Of a stretch of DNA of 64,000 bases, positions 1 to 10,040 are shown one piece after another. The translations under genes were made by a program, and so were the position numbers. The stretch is from Anthoceros angustus. Lineage: Eukaryota > Plantae > Anthocerotophyta. The notes under the pieces are model-generated. The model searched no databases and had not been told where the DNA came from. It worked only from the letters and a program-made list of their open reading frames with translations. The stretch spans positions 1 to 64,000 of the forward strand of contig MU008174.1 of assembly GCA_010909165.1 (NCBI GenBank), in the 5' to 3' direction. The first letter of the stretch is position 1; every line of letters starts with the position of its first letter.

Positions 1-1383
1 CTGGATAAGCGCTAATGCACTGTCTCACACCTTTGCAGTTAACGGTGGAGGATTTAGGGTTTATCGAATGCAACTAATGCATCGCCAAGAGGTGCAGTAC
101 ACCTTCACGAGGTAGGATAGGCTCGGGCTCTGGTCGACCTTAGTAGGATGACCGTGCCTATCAACTTCTTGATTCTCGGTTCCTAATCTCCTGTATTGAA
201 TGAGTAGGTCAAACAAGATGGACATGAATTTGGATATTCAAATGTGTGGTGCTTGTTAGATTTAGTTGCATGCTTACATCTTGTACCCTAATCACGGGGT
301 TAGCAAGGAGGCGAGTCTCAACAAAGTAAGCGACTTGAAATCTAGATGCCCAATCTTATCCAGTGACGTAAGTCCTCGAAACACCGGCAATTTTGTGTGA
401 TGTTTTCAAAGCGTCTATCTACATAACGCGCATGAGCTTCTTGGAACTTATCGTGAAATCTTTGGTATGTGGTGTGATGTTTGTGGTTAGGAAACCCACA
501 GGATTACCGTTACCATCAAAAGCTCTTTGCACACGCGCACGGGAAGTTATGTGGATTCCTTGGTGGAGGGACAAAGACCACATGTTGCTGATCTGGGAAG
601 AGAGTTTCAATCAGCGTGTTGAACGACTCCCTTACTTCAAGCGCCGCGGTTGATTGTGGGTGCGGCCCATTCCAAATTGATGTAGGCGCCTGCGTTCTTC
701 TCCTAATCAGACTCCTTGTGCGCCTAATCCCTATGTTGATTTCGAGGTGCTCGAAGGGATTCGCCATTCGGGCTGCTTGCCCATCCTCAAAATTGGCCAT
801 TCATTTGGCGGATCTTTTGTGTTTATAAAATTTCCAAGAAACATATTGTGTTATTCTATATGATTTTATATGAAAATCTGCCACTTGGCGATCGTTCTAG
901 CGTGCTGTCGATTGCTTTGCAGCAATCGGCAGGATCGTTAGATCGACTCCTAGAAATGCAGAAATTTCTATATGAAAATCAAGAAAACAAATTGAAAATA
1001 TTTTCTTGAAACATTTTCTTGATTTCTTATTAGAAACTTATTTTCTAATAAAGAAACAACACAAAAGCATGTTTATGCACATCTTCATGTGCACAATTTA
1101 ATGTGCATTCGTATGAATGCAATCTACACCTAGTTACGGCTCTGATACCATAACGAAATATGGAATTGGTGCAGATCAATTACGTATTGAGTAAAAACAT
1201 TGTATATTAAACATACATTTGAAAGAAAATCAACTAGACTTAATCTAGAAAATGAAAAGGCATGACCTTTAGTCTAAAAGACGTAACCCTAGCGAAAGGG
1301 TAAGCGCTAGACATTAAAAGGTATAGCCAGTATACACTATCTATATATGTGGACATAACGAAACCCTAAATAATGACTCAACA
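1..1383 (-). mobile_element. 5' part of an LTR retrotransposon: LTR (~1151-1383), tRNA-Met PBS (1139-1150), degenerate gag-like ORF (~800 downward)
   Basis: Minus strand reads TGTTGAG...CGTTA followed by TGGTATCAGAGC; downstream ORF 516-800 continues by frameshift into gag-like ...KSFDGNGNPVGFL. Confidence 0.65.
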
Positions 1384-1397
1384 CTTCCTCCTTTCCT

Positions 1398-1735
1398 TTT
1401 CTTTGGTCAAGCAAAAAGCAATAGCAGTGGCACTCTCAAGCACGGAGGCGAATCAGTACTTACTGCATGAAGGAGGTTATTTGGCTAAACTCAAGCTGAG
1501 CTTGGCATTGAGTTGCTCGCTTGCAAATCGACAACAACCAAGGGTCAATTGCACTAGCTGAAAATCCGTTTTCCACTCCGGGACAAAGCATGTGGTTGGA
1601 ATACCTTTGGATTAGAGAGCTACTAGCAAGCACAATATCTGGAATACATAGCAACTCAAGAAACCCGGTGACATTTTCACAAAGGCTCTAGGGGATCTAC
1701 ATGAGAAGCATGTAAAGTTTTTAGGCCTAGGTGAC
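1398..1735 (+). mobile_element. Ty1/copia RNase H remnant (frameshifted)
   Basis: Frame-joined motifs WSSKKQ..VALSSTEA, DNNQG..ALAENPFF, LEYIATQE..DIFTKAL. Confidence 0.8.
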
Positions 1736-2311
1736 TCCTCGAGTCCCTAGGTAGTAGTGCATAAAGTCAAGCCATTCGGCAGCATTCTAGCTACGGCACC
1801 GAAAGAAGAGCATTCGTCGTCGGTGTAGTCGTTGAAGTTTGTCTCATCACGAGACTTCAAAGAATAGGAATCCCCATCGGACTCGATTCTCAGGGCAGGT
1901 GACTCTCCTCCTCATCTTCAGAAGGATCAGGGCTGCTATAGGAGCGGTGGTTTTTCCTCCACTCTCTCCTTGCCTGGCGTGAAATCCTGTCTTCAGATTG
2001 GAGGTTCGATTCTTCTTCCAGGCGTATGTTGGATCCTGCCACGGACAGTGGGAGCTTAGTATAGCATCTCACATGCACAACAGTAAAAGATTGCAACGAG
2101 TATTGAAGCTAGGGTCTTACTATAAGTGCTGACAACATGAAATGGGTAAGCCCAGCAGTTTTCGATCTTGACACGTCTCATCACGGCTTTGCACGCCCAC
2201 ATAAACCCTGCCACGTAGGGCTGCGCGGATGCTTGATGGAGCCATAAGAGACGATCCGAGTCTCCTTGAGCAGTCTGCGAGCTTAGGAAAGCTAGGCTCT
2301 GTGGGTTAGTC

Positions 2312-2818
2312 TCATTCTCGGCCGAAATCGGGATTAACAGCATGGGCTTTTACTCTTGTCGCCGCTTTGGGTCTGGATGAGGCGGCGCGTGTTGTTGCAG
2401 GCCCGCCCATGGGCTCACTTGCTGCTGGCGTGGCTCGCCTTGCTAGGACCTCCTTGGTCGTGCCTCGCGGCCTTCCACGAGGGCGATTACCTTCTGGTAC
2501 CCCTGCAGCTGGAGTGCTCACATCGTGAGGAACCTGAGCAGCTGTTCTAGTTGTGGTAAACCTGCCCATGCGGTCTCTAGGCTGATTTCTACGCTTGGGC
2601 GCTGGAGTCTCTGATGCAGGAGGCGAAGACATGATGCTCCTGCTTCTCGCACTCCTTAGCCACAGGATAATGAGAACTACACTCAAGCACAGGGCATATG
2701 CTATTGTTGAGTAAGCAGCGCACCTTGGTGCATACCACTTCACACTAGGTGTCTCCATGCTTTTATTCACCAAGGACCTGGGGCGTAAGCTCAGTCTATG
2801 GTACTCTGCGTGCAGCAA
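2312..2818 (-). other. Antisense ORF in the 3' region of the Copia remnant: hydrophobic segment plus AT-hook
   Basis: TIAYALCLSVVLIILWL followed by a basic region with RPRGRPR; lies between the RNase H remnant and a PPT-like aagtgggag at ~2901 / AT-rich LTR-like segment ~2910-3155. Confidence 0.4.
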
Positions 2819-3159
2819 CTAGGGCGTGCAGTGCATGGACAAGCAGAGTCAAGGGACAACACAAGGAACCCACGAAGAGAAGGCGTAAGTCATGATCAAC
2901 AAGTGGGAGTGAAGGAATAATTATTGTTTATGTGTTGACTCATGCTAGGGTTAGGTTACCTTAGTTTAGTTAACTTATCTGATGTGTAAACTAGGTCTAG
3001 TCACCTAGTACCCTTTCGGTAGGGTTGTGACTCTTATGAGTAGACGTAACACTTGGTATCTTAATTAGGTTGTTTTAAGCATAAGCAAGTTACTCTTTTA
3101 TTTGATCTTTCAATTCAATCAATAATGTAATTTTGTTTTATTAATTCAATTCACATAAA

Positions 3160-3570
3160 ATCTTCAATTGGGAGAGATCGCTGATATGTGTCAAGTCCTC
3201 CTCCAAAGCTACATCCACGAATTCCTGTACGAAAATAGGGGGCCTCACTAGGACCCCTAAAACCCGAAGTCCCCGTGCAGAAACAATATCCCCTTGCGGA
3301 TACTGAAGAGTGGGCACCTCGCCGGAGGGGGACCATACTCTGCACTTTGAAATCTTCACATTTAGCCTGAGGCGGGAGAGCTCCGAAGAGAATAGATCAA
3401 AAGCCCCCTTGACCCGGTTACCAGGCCCCATAATATGGCTGTCGTCCGCCACCGAGGGATACAAACAATCCCAAAACGAGAAGGCAGTTATGGATGAGCC
3501 CTTGTGAATGAGCCATGGCAACAGTGCGCCCTAACGGATCCCTTGCTCGTGCCAACAACAGGCTAACACC
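3160..3570 (-). mobile_element. Non-LTR retrotransposon reverse transcriptase fragment (early-branching CRE/R2-like style)
   Basis: ARARDPLG (degenerate QGDPLG), ADDSHIMGP, LNVKISKCRVWSP, GLRVLGV motifs. Confidence 0.7.
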
Positions 3571-4756
3571 AAAACCCCCTCTAGCTCTGAAAAGTTTTCC
3601 ACAGACGGGGCAAGGGCCATGATGCACATGACGCATCATGGCAGTACATTGATGTGCTAACCGATGGAAATGGAGCTTTGCCGCAAAGCCTGGCACTGCG
3701 TTACTCCGCAGCTTGCACATGTGACAACCGCGTTAGAACTAGGACGAAACTCTAGGTTTTAACGTTTCATGTGTTATTTTCTGCCCAAAAAATTCTCCAT
3801 AGGGATCTGTCATTCTGAGGTTAACCCCAGATTGAAATTGAGTCTATTAGCCACATTTGGGATGCCTAGCGTTTTTCTTACGCGGCCCTTGGCATTAGGA
3901 CCTTTGAGGGAAGTTCACTACGGGGATGTGCACCATGGCAAAAACACTGAAAAATGTGCATAGCTCAAAGCATCTACAGGAGATCGACCCTTACCCAAAG
4001 TCCTTTGTCTTCTCACAGGTTTTGTTGAGTCCCTTTGTACCTTGCTTCACCTCGCCTTTGACTTCTCGGTTTCCTTCTTTGTAGATCTCTGCATGTTCTT
4101 CGCCGCCCAACTGGTAGGGTTGAGTTCCTATCGTGGGTGGGAGTTGAGTCCCTATAAATCTGGTCAAATCATCAGTAGTTGGTAAGAAGCCCACACCTTC
4201 TATTTCTCCAAGATGGACTTTATCGAAGTCCTCCCTCTTGGCAACATAGAGTTTTCTAGGATTTCCCTCTGCATCCAAGTTCTATTTCATCCTCGCAGCC
4301 CTTGCTCGAGGAGTCTCTGTCAAGCCTTCAGATCCTGTAGGTGCTTCAAATGCAACTATGTTGGGAGCCTCACAATGCATGGCGTAGAGATGGGAGGAGC
4401 ATTCGGAGAATTTCCTCATAGTAACCCAGATTCTGGTACACCCAAGGCAACGAAGGCCACTCTAGAGCTTAGAGTCCATCACGAAGAAGAGGATAGGAGC
4501 AATAGCGAACATACTGTCGACTGCATCCAAACTTGTTACTTTATAGGACCTGGAGGAGCGCAAGTGCAAGATCATGAAGATGCATTCACGTTTTCCTCAA
4601 CATGTGCGGTACAGCGACTCGTGTCTTGGTGCGCATGTGGTTTTAAATTCAAGCATAAGGAATCATTCCTCTTTTGCGGTTGAAACATGATGGCCCCGCC
4701 AAAGCCCCCTAAAACCAAAAAGTCGGGCCTCCCCATTGTAAAACTCCATCCCTTGC

Positions 4757-5002
4757 CTGAAAACCCTAAGGCCATCACCACAGAACCCTATACCTGTGAA
4801 ACCCTAAATCTGGAAGACCAACCGCCGTAGAACACTAAACTGAATGAAACACAGGCCGCCACAAAACCCTAAACATGAAACCACTGAACACAGGCCGCTC
4901 ACTGGCCCGTCATTGCAAAACTGCACCCTGCCTGAAAACCTTAAAGCTGCCGTCGTAGAACCCCCTAAACCTGGAAGACCACCTGCCGCAAAACCCTAAA
5001 CC
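4757..5002 (+). repeat. Degenerate minisatellite carrying telomere-like AAACCCT(A) motifs
   Basis: About seven exact or near-exact aaaccct copies with variable spacing. Confidence 0.55.
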
Positions 5003-5364
5003 TGTAACGCGGCTCACCGCCAACCCCGCCGCCACGACCTCTTGGGCCTTGCTGTCGCGCCACCCTCAACAACGCGGCATGGAAGACATGATGACGACGA
5101 TGATGATGATGTCGAGGAAAAATAGAGCGTAGGAAGTGGAACGAGCATGGCCACATTGTCTCCCAAGCATTACCAAACTTCCAAACTTCCACTCCAATCT
5201 TTTTATCCGCATGCACCCATATCCTAGGATTGATCACTCATATTTTGGCACCAATAATATTACTTGCCTACTTGTGCATCTGCCATCGCTCCCTCCAGCA
5301 TCCTCCTACCAGAACCAACATCTAGAACCAGTAAGCCTGAACGTGGTTGGTTAATGTTGTGAAG

Positions 5365-6010
5365 TACAAGTCCCATGACAGAAAAAAAATCCATCTCATA
5401 TGAATTTGTGTTGAATTCCCTTGGTGCAAGTAATTTAGTCACACCATGATACAAGCTATTAAGTACCAAGTCCCATGACAGGAAAAAATTCTGTCTTACA
5501 TGAATTTGCATTGAATGCCCTTGATGCAAGTAGCTTAGAGACACCATTGTACAAGTTATTAAGTACCAAGTCCTATAACCACACAAAATTCTGTCTTACA
5601 TGAATTTGCGTTTACTTATTTAACATAACACATTTATTATAATTCAGATGACCAATTTTTTCTTTTTCGTCAAGTTGAAAATAAATGCTTCAAATGTCAT
5701 GAAACATCACAGCCTGGGTGCCCTTAGTGCAAGTAGCTTAGACACACCATGATACAAGTAGTTAAATACCAGGTCCCATAACTCAAAAAAAATGAAAATA
5801 AATGTTTCAAATATCATCAAACATCACAAATCGGATGCCCTTGGTGCAAGTAGCTTAGACACACCATGGTACAAGTTGTTAATTACCAGGTCTCATAACG
5901 GAAAAAATTCCACCTTATATGAATTTTGCCTATACTTATTTAATAGGACACATTTATTATAAGTCAAATGATCAGTTTTTTCTTTTCTGTCAAGTTGAAA
6001 ATAAATGCTT
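5365..6010. repeat. Tandem repeat, ~100-bp core units with longer variants
   Basis: Recurrent ccttggtgcaagtagcttagacacaccatgatacaag...taagtaccaagtcccat. Confidence 0.8.
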
Positions 6011-6380
6011 CAAATACCACCAAATATCACAGCCAGCATACGACCTTCAAATCTAACACACGACCGACTTTAGATCAAATGCTTCAAATACCACCAAATA
6101 TCACAACCAGCATAAGACCTTCAAATCTAACACACGACCGACTTTAGATCAAATGCTTCAAATACCACCTTCAAATCTAACATAGGACCGACTTTCAAAT
6201 CAAATGCTTCGAATGCCACCAAACATCACAGCCCGCATGTGACGTGCCCGCATATGACCTTCAAATCTAATATACGACCAACTTTCAGATCTATTGCCAC
6301 CGACTTTCAGATCTAATGCCACCAAATATCACAGCCTGCTTACGACCTTCAAATCTAACACACGACTGACCTTCAAATCT
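6005..6380. repeat. Tandem repeat, ~70-bp unit
   Basis: Recurrent accttcaaatctaacacacgaccgactttagatcaaatgcttcaaataccaccaaatatcacag. Confidence 0.8.
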
Positions 6381-6806
6381 CATGCGGTGAGAGTGGATCG
6401 AACACACACGTTCTTGAGATCCAACAAACGCACGCTTGGATCGAACACACGACCTTCTTATTTCCACTCTGGGTTGAATACCACGTTCGATGAGAGGAGA
6501 ATTCCGTTAAGTGCATTATAATATCTTTCTATAGTCCAGTACCTGCCTTTGTTTCCAGTTTATAACTAGAAATTTGCTTGATATACCTTTGCAATTTTTG
6601 GACGCCGTGACGCTGTGAAGGCAGCAACCTGCGAGGAGTTCTTTGCTTCTGAGCGCTGATCGACCTAGCTGTCGGCTGCGGACTGTGCGGAACATAGGAG
6701 ATGGGATGCGACATGGTGGGCGCCTGCTCTCAGCTTTGCTGCTTGCTTGCTGAAAGCTTGCAGCATGGAGCCCTAGGGTTCGATTGTGGCAGAAGAGCAG
6801 GGCAAA

Positions 6807-8223
6807 ATGGGTGGCGGGCGGGCGGCGTCGCCCGGGCCTAGGCAGCCTGCAAAGCCCAGCAGCCTGCTCCAAGGCGTGGGCAAAAAGGTTCAGGAGAAGC
6901 GCAAGGAGTATGCCAACATGTCGTTGCTGTTGGAAGACCCGCCCAGCGATGAGGTTTTTCTGGCTGCCTTCACCTGGTACACCTGGCACTGCCACAGAGT
7001 GATAGGCTGGAATCTGATGGCTGTCCACAGGAAACCATGGTGCTGCTGCTGGATGTCAGCCGCTCAATGCACCCTTACCTCCAGACTGTCATCGAGGCTC
7101 TATCTTCGCTGGCGCAGATGAAGGTGCTGCTGCTTGTCCTATTACCCTCCTTCCGCCCTCTCTCTCTCTCTCTCTCACGTTCCGTGGCTCTCCTCGATAT
7201 GCTGTGTGCTGTCCCAACTCTCACTTTTAGACGGTGTGGTGTGGTGTGGTTCGTCCCAACTCCTCTCATGCCATGTAGAATACTTCCACTGCAGATGCGT
7301 TTCCACAAGACAGACGACCTGGGTTTGGTGCTGTTTGGGGCCAGCGGTAAGGCAAAGGAAATCCCCCCACTCCTCAGCTGTACACCACTGGAATATCACA
7401 TGCGTATGAGAAAACAATGGTTGTTCGTGGCATATTTTCTAGTACCCGAAAGTGGGAAGGCGTAGTGAGTGTTTGCCTGAGAGAAAGTGGCTGGTGATGA
7501 TGATGCTTCACAGAGACTGGCAACACGCTGAACAAGGAGATGGGAGGATACAACAATGTGGTTGTGTCTCGTCCACTCCTGCTCATCAACCAGGACCTGA
7601 CAGACACACTGGATCAGGTTACTCCGGGCTTCGGTGACAGTGACTGTATCCTTGCGCTCTGTCGTGTCTCTCATCAGGGTCATGCCATGGGACTCATGTA
7701 TGCATGACATCATCAAAGTTTGGCCATCCTTGAGCCTGTGTCCCCAGACGTGAGTGCCCTTGTGGTGGGGATGGACATGATCGTGAGGGAAATGGCACTA
7801 GGAGGCCACGGCAAGAACAAGCGACTGCACCTCATCACGGATGGAGAGACGTCCCTGAGGCCCCCATTCAACAGCACGAGCGAAGCTGAACTCACCAACC
7901 TCTCCAACATCATGAAGCAGCAGGGTGCCACGGTGGACGTGGTGATCCTCAGGATGCCCAAGAAGAGCACTATCAGGAGCCGGGCCAGCGTGGAGAACGA
8001 GCGGCTCCTTCGCAGATTCGCCAAGCGAATGAGGGGAAAGCTGGCAGTGGTAGAAAATGAATCCTCCCTCATGACGGCCTTGCTGCAGAACTGTCACGTG
8101 GCGGGCATCGCATTGGGCGTTCTGGACGCAGAGAAGAAAACCGAGTCGGACACCTTGCAGGAAGTTTCACAACGTGCTGGCGCCTCATCAGCAGGAAGCT
8201 TGACACGGTGGACAGGGAGATAA
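6807..8223 (+). CDS. KU80-like: Ku80-like protein, vWA domain only; exons 6807-6953, 7031-7123, 7295-7346, 7514-7645, 7748-8223
   Basis: Spliced product ETMVLLLDVSRSMH...DDLGLVLFGASETGNTLNKEMGGYNNV...GDSDYVSALVVGMDMI...KRLHLITDG...VENERLL follows the plant Ku80 N-terminal vWA domain; all junctions are GT-AG and keep frame; exon 1 is less certain. Confidence 0.85.
7646..7747 (+). other. U12-type (minor spliceosome) GT-AG intron
   Basis: 5' splice site GTATCCTT; branch-like ATCCTTGAG at 7726-7734 close to the AG; weak polypyrimidine tract; phase 1. Confidence 0.75.
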
Positions 8224-8630
8224 TGATAAACACAACACAATTGTAAAGGTCATCTGCACAGAATGGTCAGGACATTCTTTCCTCCCTTCCAGTGCTCTAA
8301 ATGGTGCATGATTGGCACAACAGCCTAAGCAAATCTGACACAATTGGGTGACATAGGCCAATGCACGTGCCTTTGGCCTTTCTCCTCCACTCTCACAGCA
8401 TCTTTCAAGTTTCCATGTCTATGTACAACGGTTGCTGTCTCCCCAGATAAATAGCTTAGCTGATCCCTTGGGACAAGCAGAATACTGTAGATGCCTCGGC
8501 AGAAACAAGAGGAGATTCACGATTTAATGAATGCTGTCAGACCCCAAGCCAGGCAAAAGGTCTCATTTGCTTATTGGCTTGGGGCAGACAAAAGAATTCG
8601 TTGGGTACGCCTTTTCGGTTGCACTTAGGT

Positions 8631-10040
8631 TCAGGGCTTGGCCAGCCAAGCCAGGCACATGGCTGCCGTCCAGGAGAAGTAGTTGCCACCAGCTCCAGCT
8701 CCCGTGATTGGGTTGTAGTACTCGTACAAGCCGTGCTGGCTGAGGAGACGGTGCGTGTCATCCTTGATGCGCTGAGCAAACTGGTGGTAGCCATATTGCA
8801 GCAAGCCATCTGCAATCATCCAGTTCACGATGGCCCACACCGGGCCCCGCCAGTACCTGAGCGGCTCGAAGCCGGGGTCGCAGGGGTCCAGGCTGGGCAC
8901 GCCGTATTGGACAGCGTCCAGCCACTGACCCAGAGTCTGCGCCAGCGTGGCCGCCTGCGCCGGGGACACGATGCCGGCGAAGAGCGGGAGGAAGCCGGCC
9001 GAGGTCCTGGCGGGAACCAGGCTGCCGGTGAGCTGGTCCCGGCAGAAGTAGAAGCCCGCCTGGGCGTCGTAAAGGGAGTCGAAGGCTTGGGCAGTGCCTT
9101 CCCGCCATCCCTCGATCTCCCGCACCGCCTCCTGGTCCCCCAGCTGCTGCGCTATCCACAGCAAATCCGCATTGGCCCGGTGAAGGATACAGTTGGTGCA
9201 GAGATCCGTGACCCTGAAGGGGGAGATGGAGTAGAGCCTGGTTAGGTCGTAGTCTGCCTCCCGGAACCTGTACAGGAGCGTGAGGTAGCGGTCGTAGTCC
9301 TCCTTGCTAGGGCGCATGGCGGAGTCGACGTGGCCCAGGTCCTGCCGGACGTAGGGCGGGATGGAGTCCACGGGAACCCGCGCCATAGCCTGATCCCATG
9401 CGGGGCTGTTGTCCATCCCGCTCTCCCACGGGTGGAGCGTGGCCACCAGCCCCGTGCCCTCGGGGTCCCGCGCGCGGTAGAACCATCTGTGCCAGGCCAG
9501 CAGCTTGGGGAAGATTGCGCCAAGCTTGCGCAGGGCCTGGTCCGTGTCCGCCGCATTCTCCGCCAGCTTCCGGACTGAGATGGCGGCAACGGGAGGCTGC
9601 GTGATCCCGGTGCTGGCGCGCGGATGCTCCGCGCTCCCCCAGATGTCGGGCCCCGGGAAGTAGGTCGGGCTGGGACGGTGGAACACAATGTGCGGCACCA
9701 TGCCGTCCTCCCACTGTGCCGAGAGCAGCTTCTCCATCTCCTCCCACGCCCGGGTCTCGTCGATGGAGGCCCAGCCTAGGGCCACCAGGGCCGAGTCCCA
9801 GTTCCACTGGTACGGGTACAGCCCCTTGGCCGGGATCGTGTAGCCCCCGTTGTCGTTCTCCAGCAGGATGGATTTGCACGCCTCCAGCAGCTCCGAGTTG
9901 GAATCCGCGCTCGCCTCCGACGCCTGCTGGTCGCCCGTGGCCCAGACCTCTAGCGCGCACGATCTCAAATCCGGCAGCGAGGCCGCAGAGTTGATGCGCC
10001 CCAGGGGCTGCTCCTGTGGCTGCCTCACAAGCATAGCCAT
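8631..10040 (-). CDS. mgH: Mannosylglycerate/glucosylglycerate hydrolase (GH63, MgH/GgH), intronless CDS
   Basis: LYPYQWNWDS, GMVPHIVF, YFPGPDIW, TGITQPP, HPWESGMDNSPAWD, DYDRYLTLL, YWRGPVW, EYYNPITG..GGNYFSWTAA: signatures of Thermus/Rubrobacter-type MG hydrolases; first ATG at 10040. Confidence 0.93.
   Translation of the reverse strand: MAMLVRQPQEQPLGRINSAASLPDLRSCALEVWATGDQQASEASADSNSELLEACKSILLENDNGGYTIPAKGLYPYQWNWDSALVALGWASIDETRAWEEMEKLLSAQWEDGMVPHIVFHRPSPTYFPGPDIWGSAEHPRASTGITQPPVAAISVRKLAENAADTDQALRKLGAIFPKLLAWHRWFYRARDPEGTGLVATLHPWESGMDNSPAWDQAMARVPVDSIPPYVRQDLGHVDSAMRPSKEDYDRYLTLLYRFREADYDLTRLYSISPFRVTDLCTNCILHRANADLLWIAQQLGDQEAVREIEGWREGTAQAFDSLYDAQAGFYFCRDQLTGSLVPARTSAGFLPLFAGIVSPAQAATLAQTLGQWLDAVQYGVPSLDPCDPGFEPLRYWRGPVWAIVNWMIADGLLQYGYHQFAQRIKDDTHRLLSQHGLYEYYNPITGAGAGGNYFSWTAAMCLAWLAKP

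Noticed and set aside
4757-5002. True telomere or interstitial telomeric array
   Set aside because: AAACCCT motifs are isolated, not tandem
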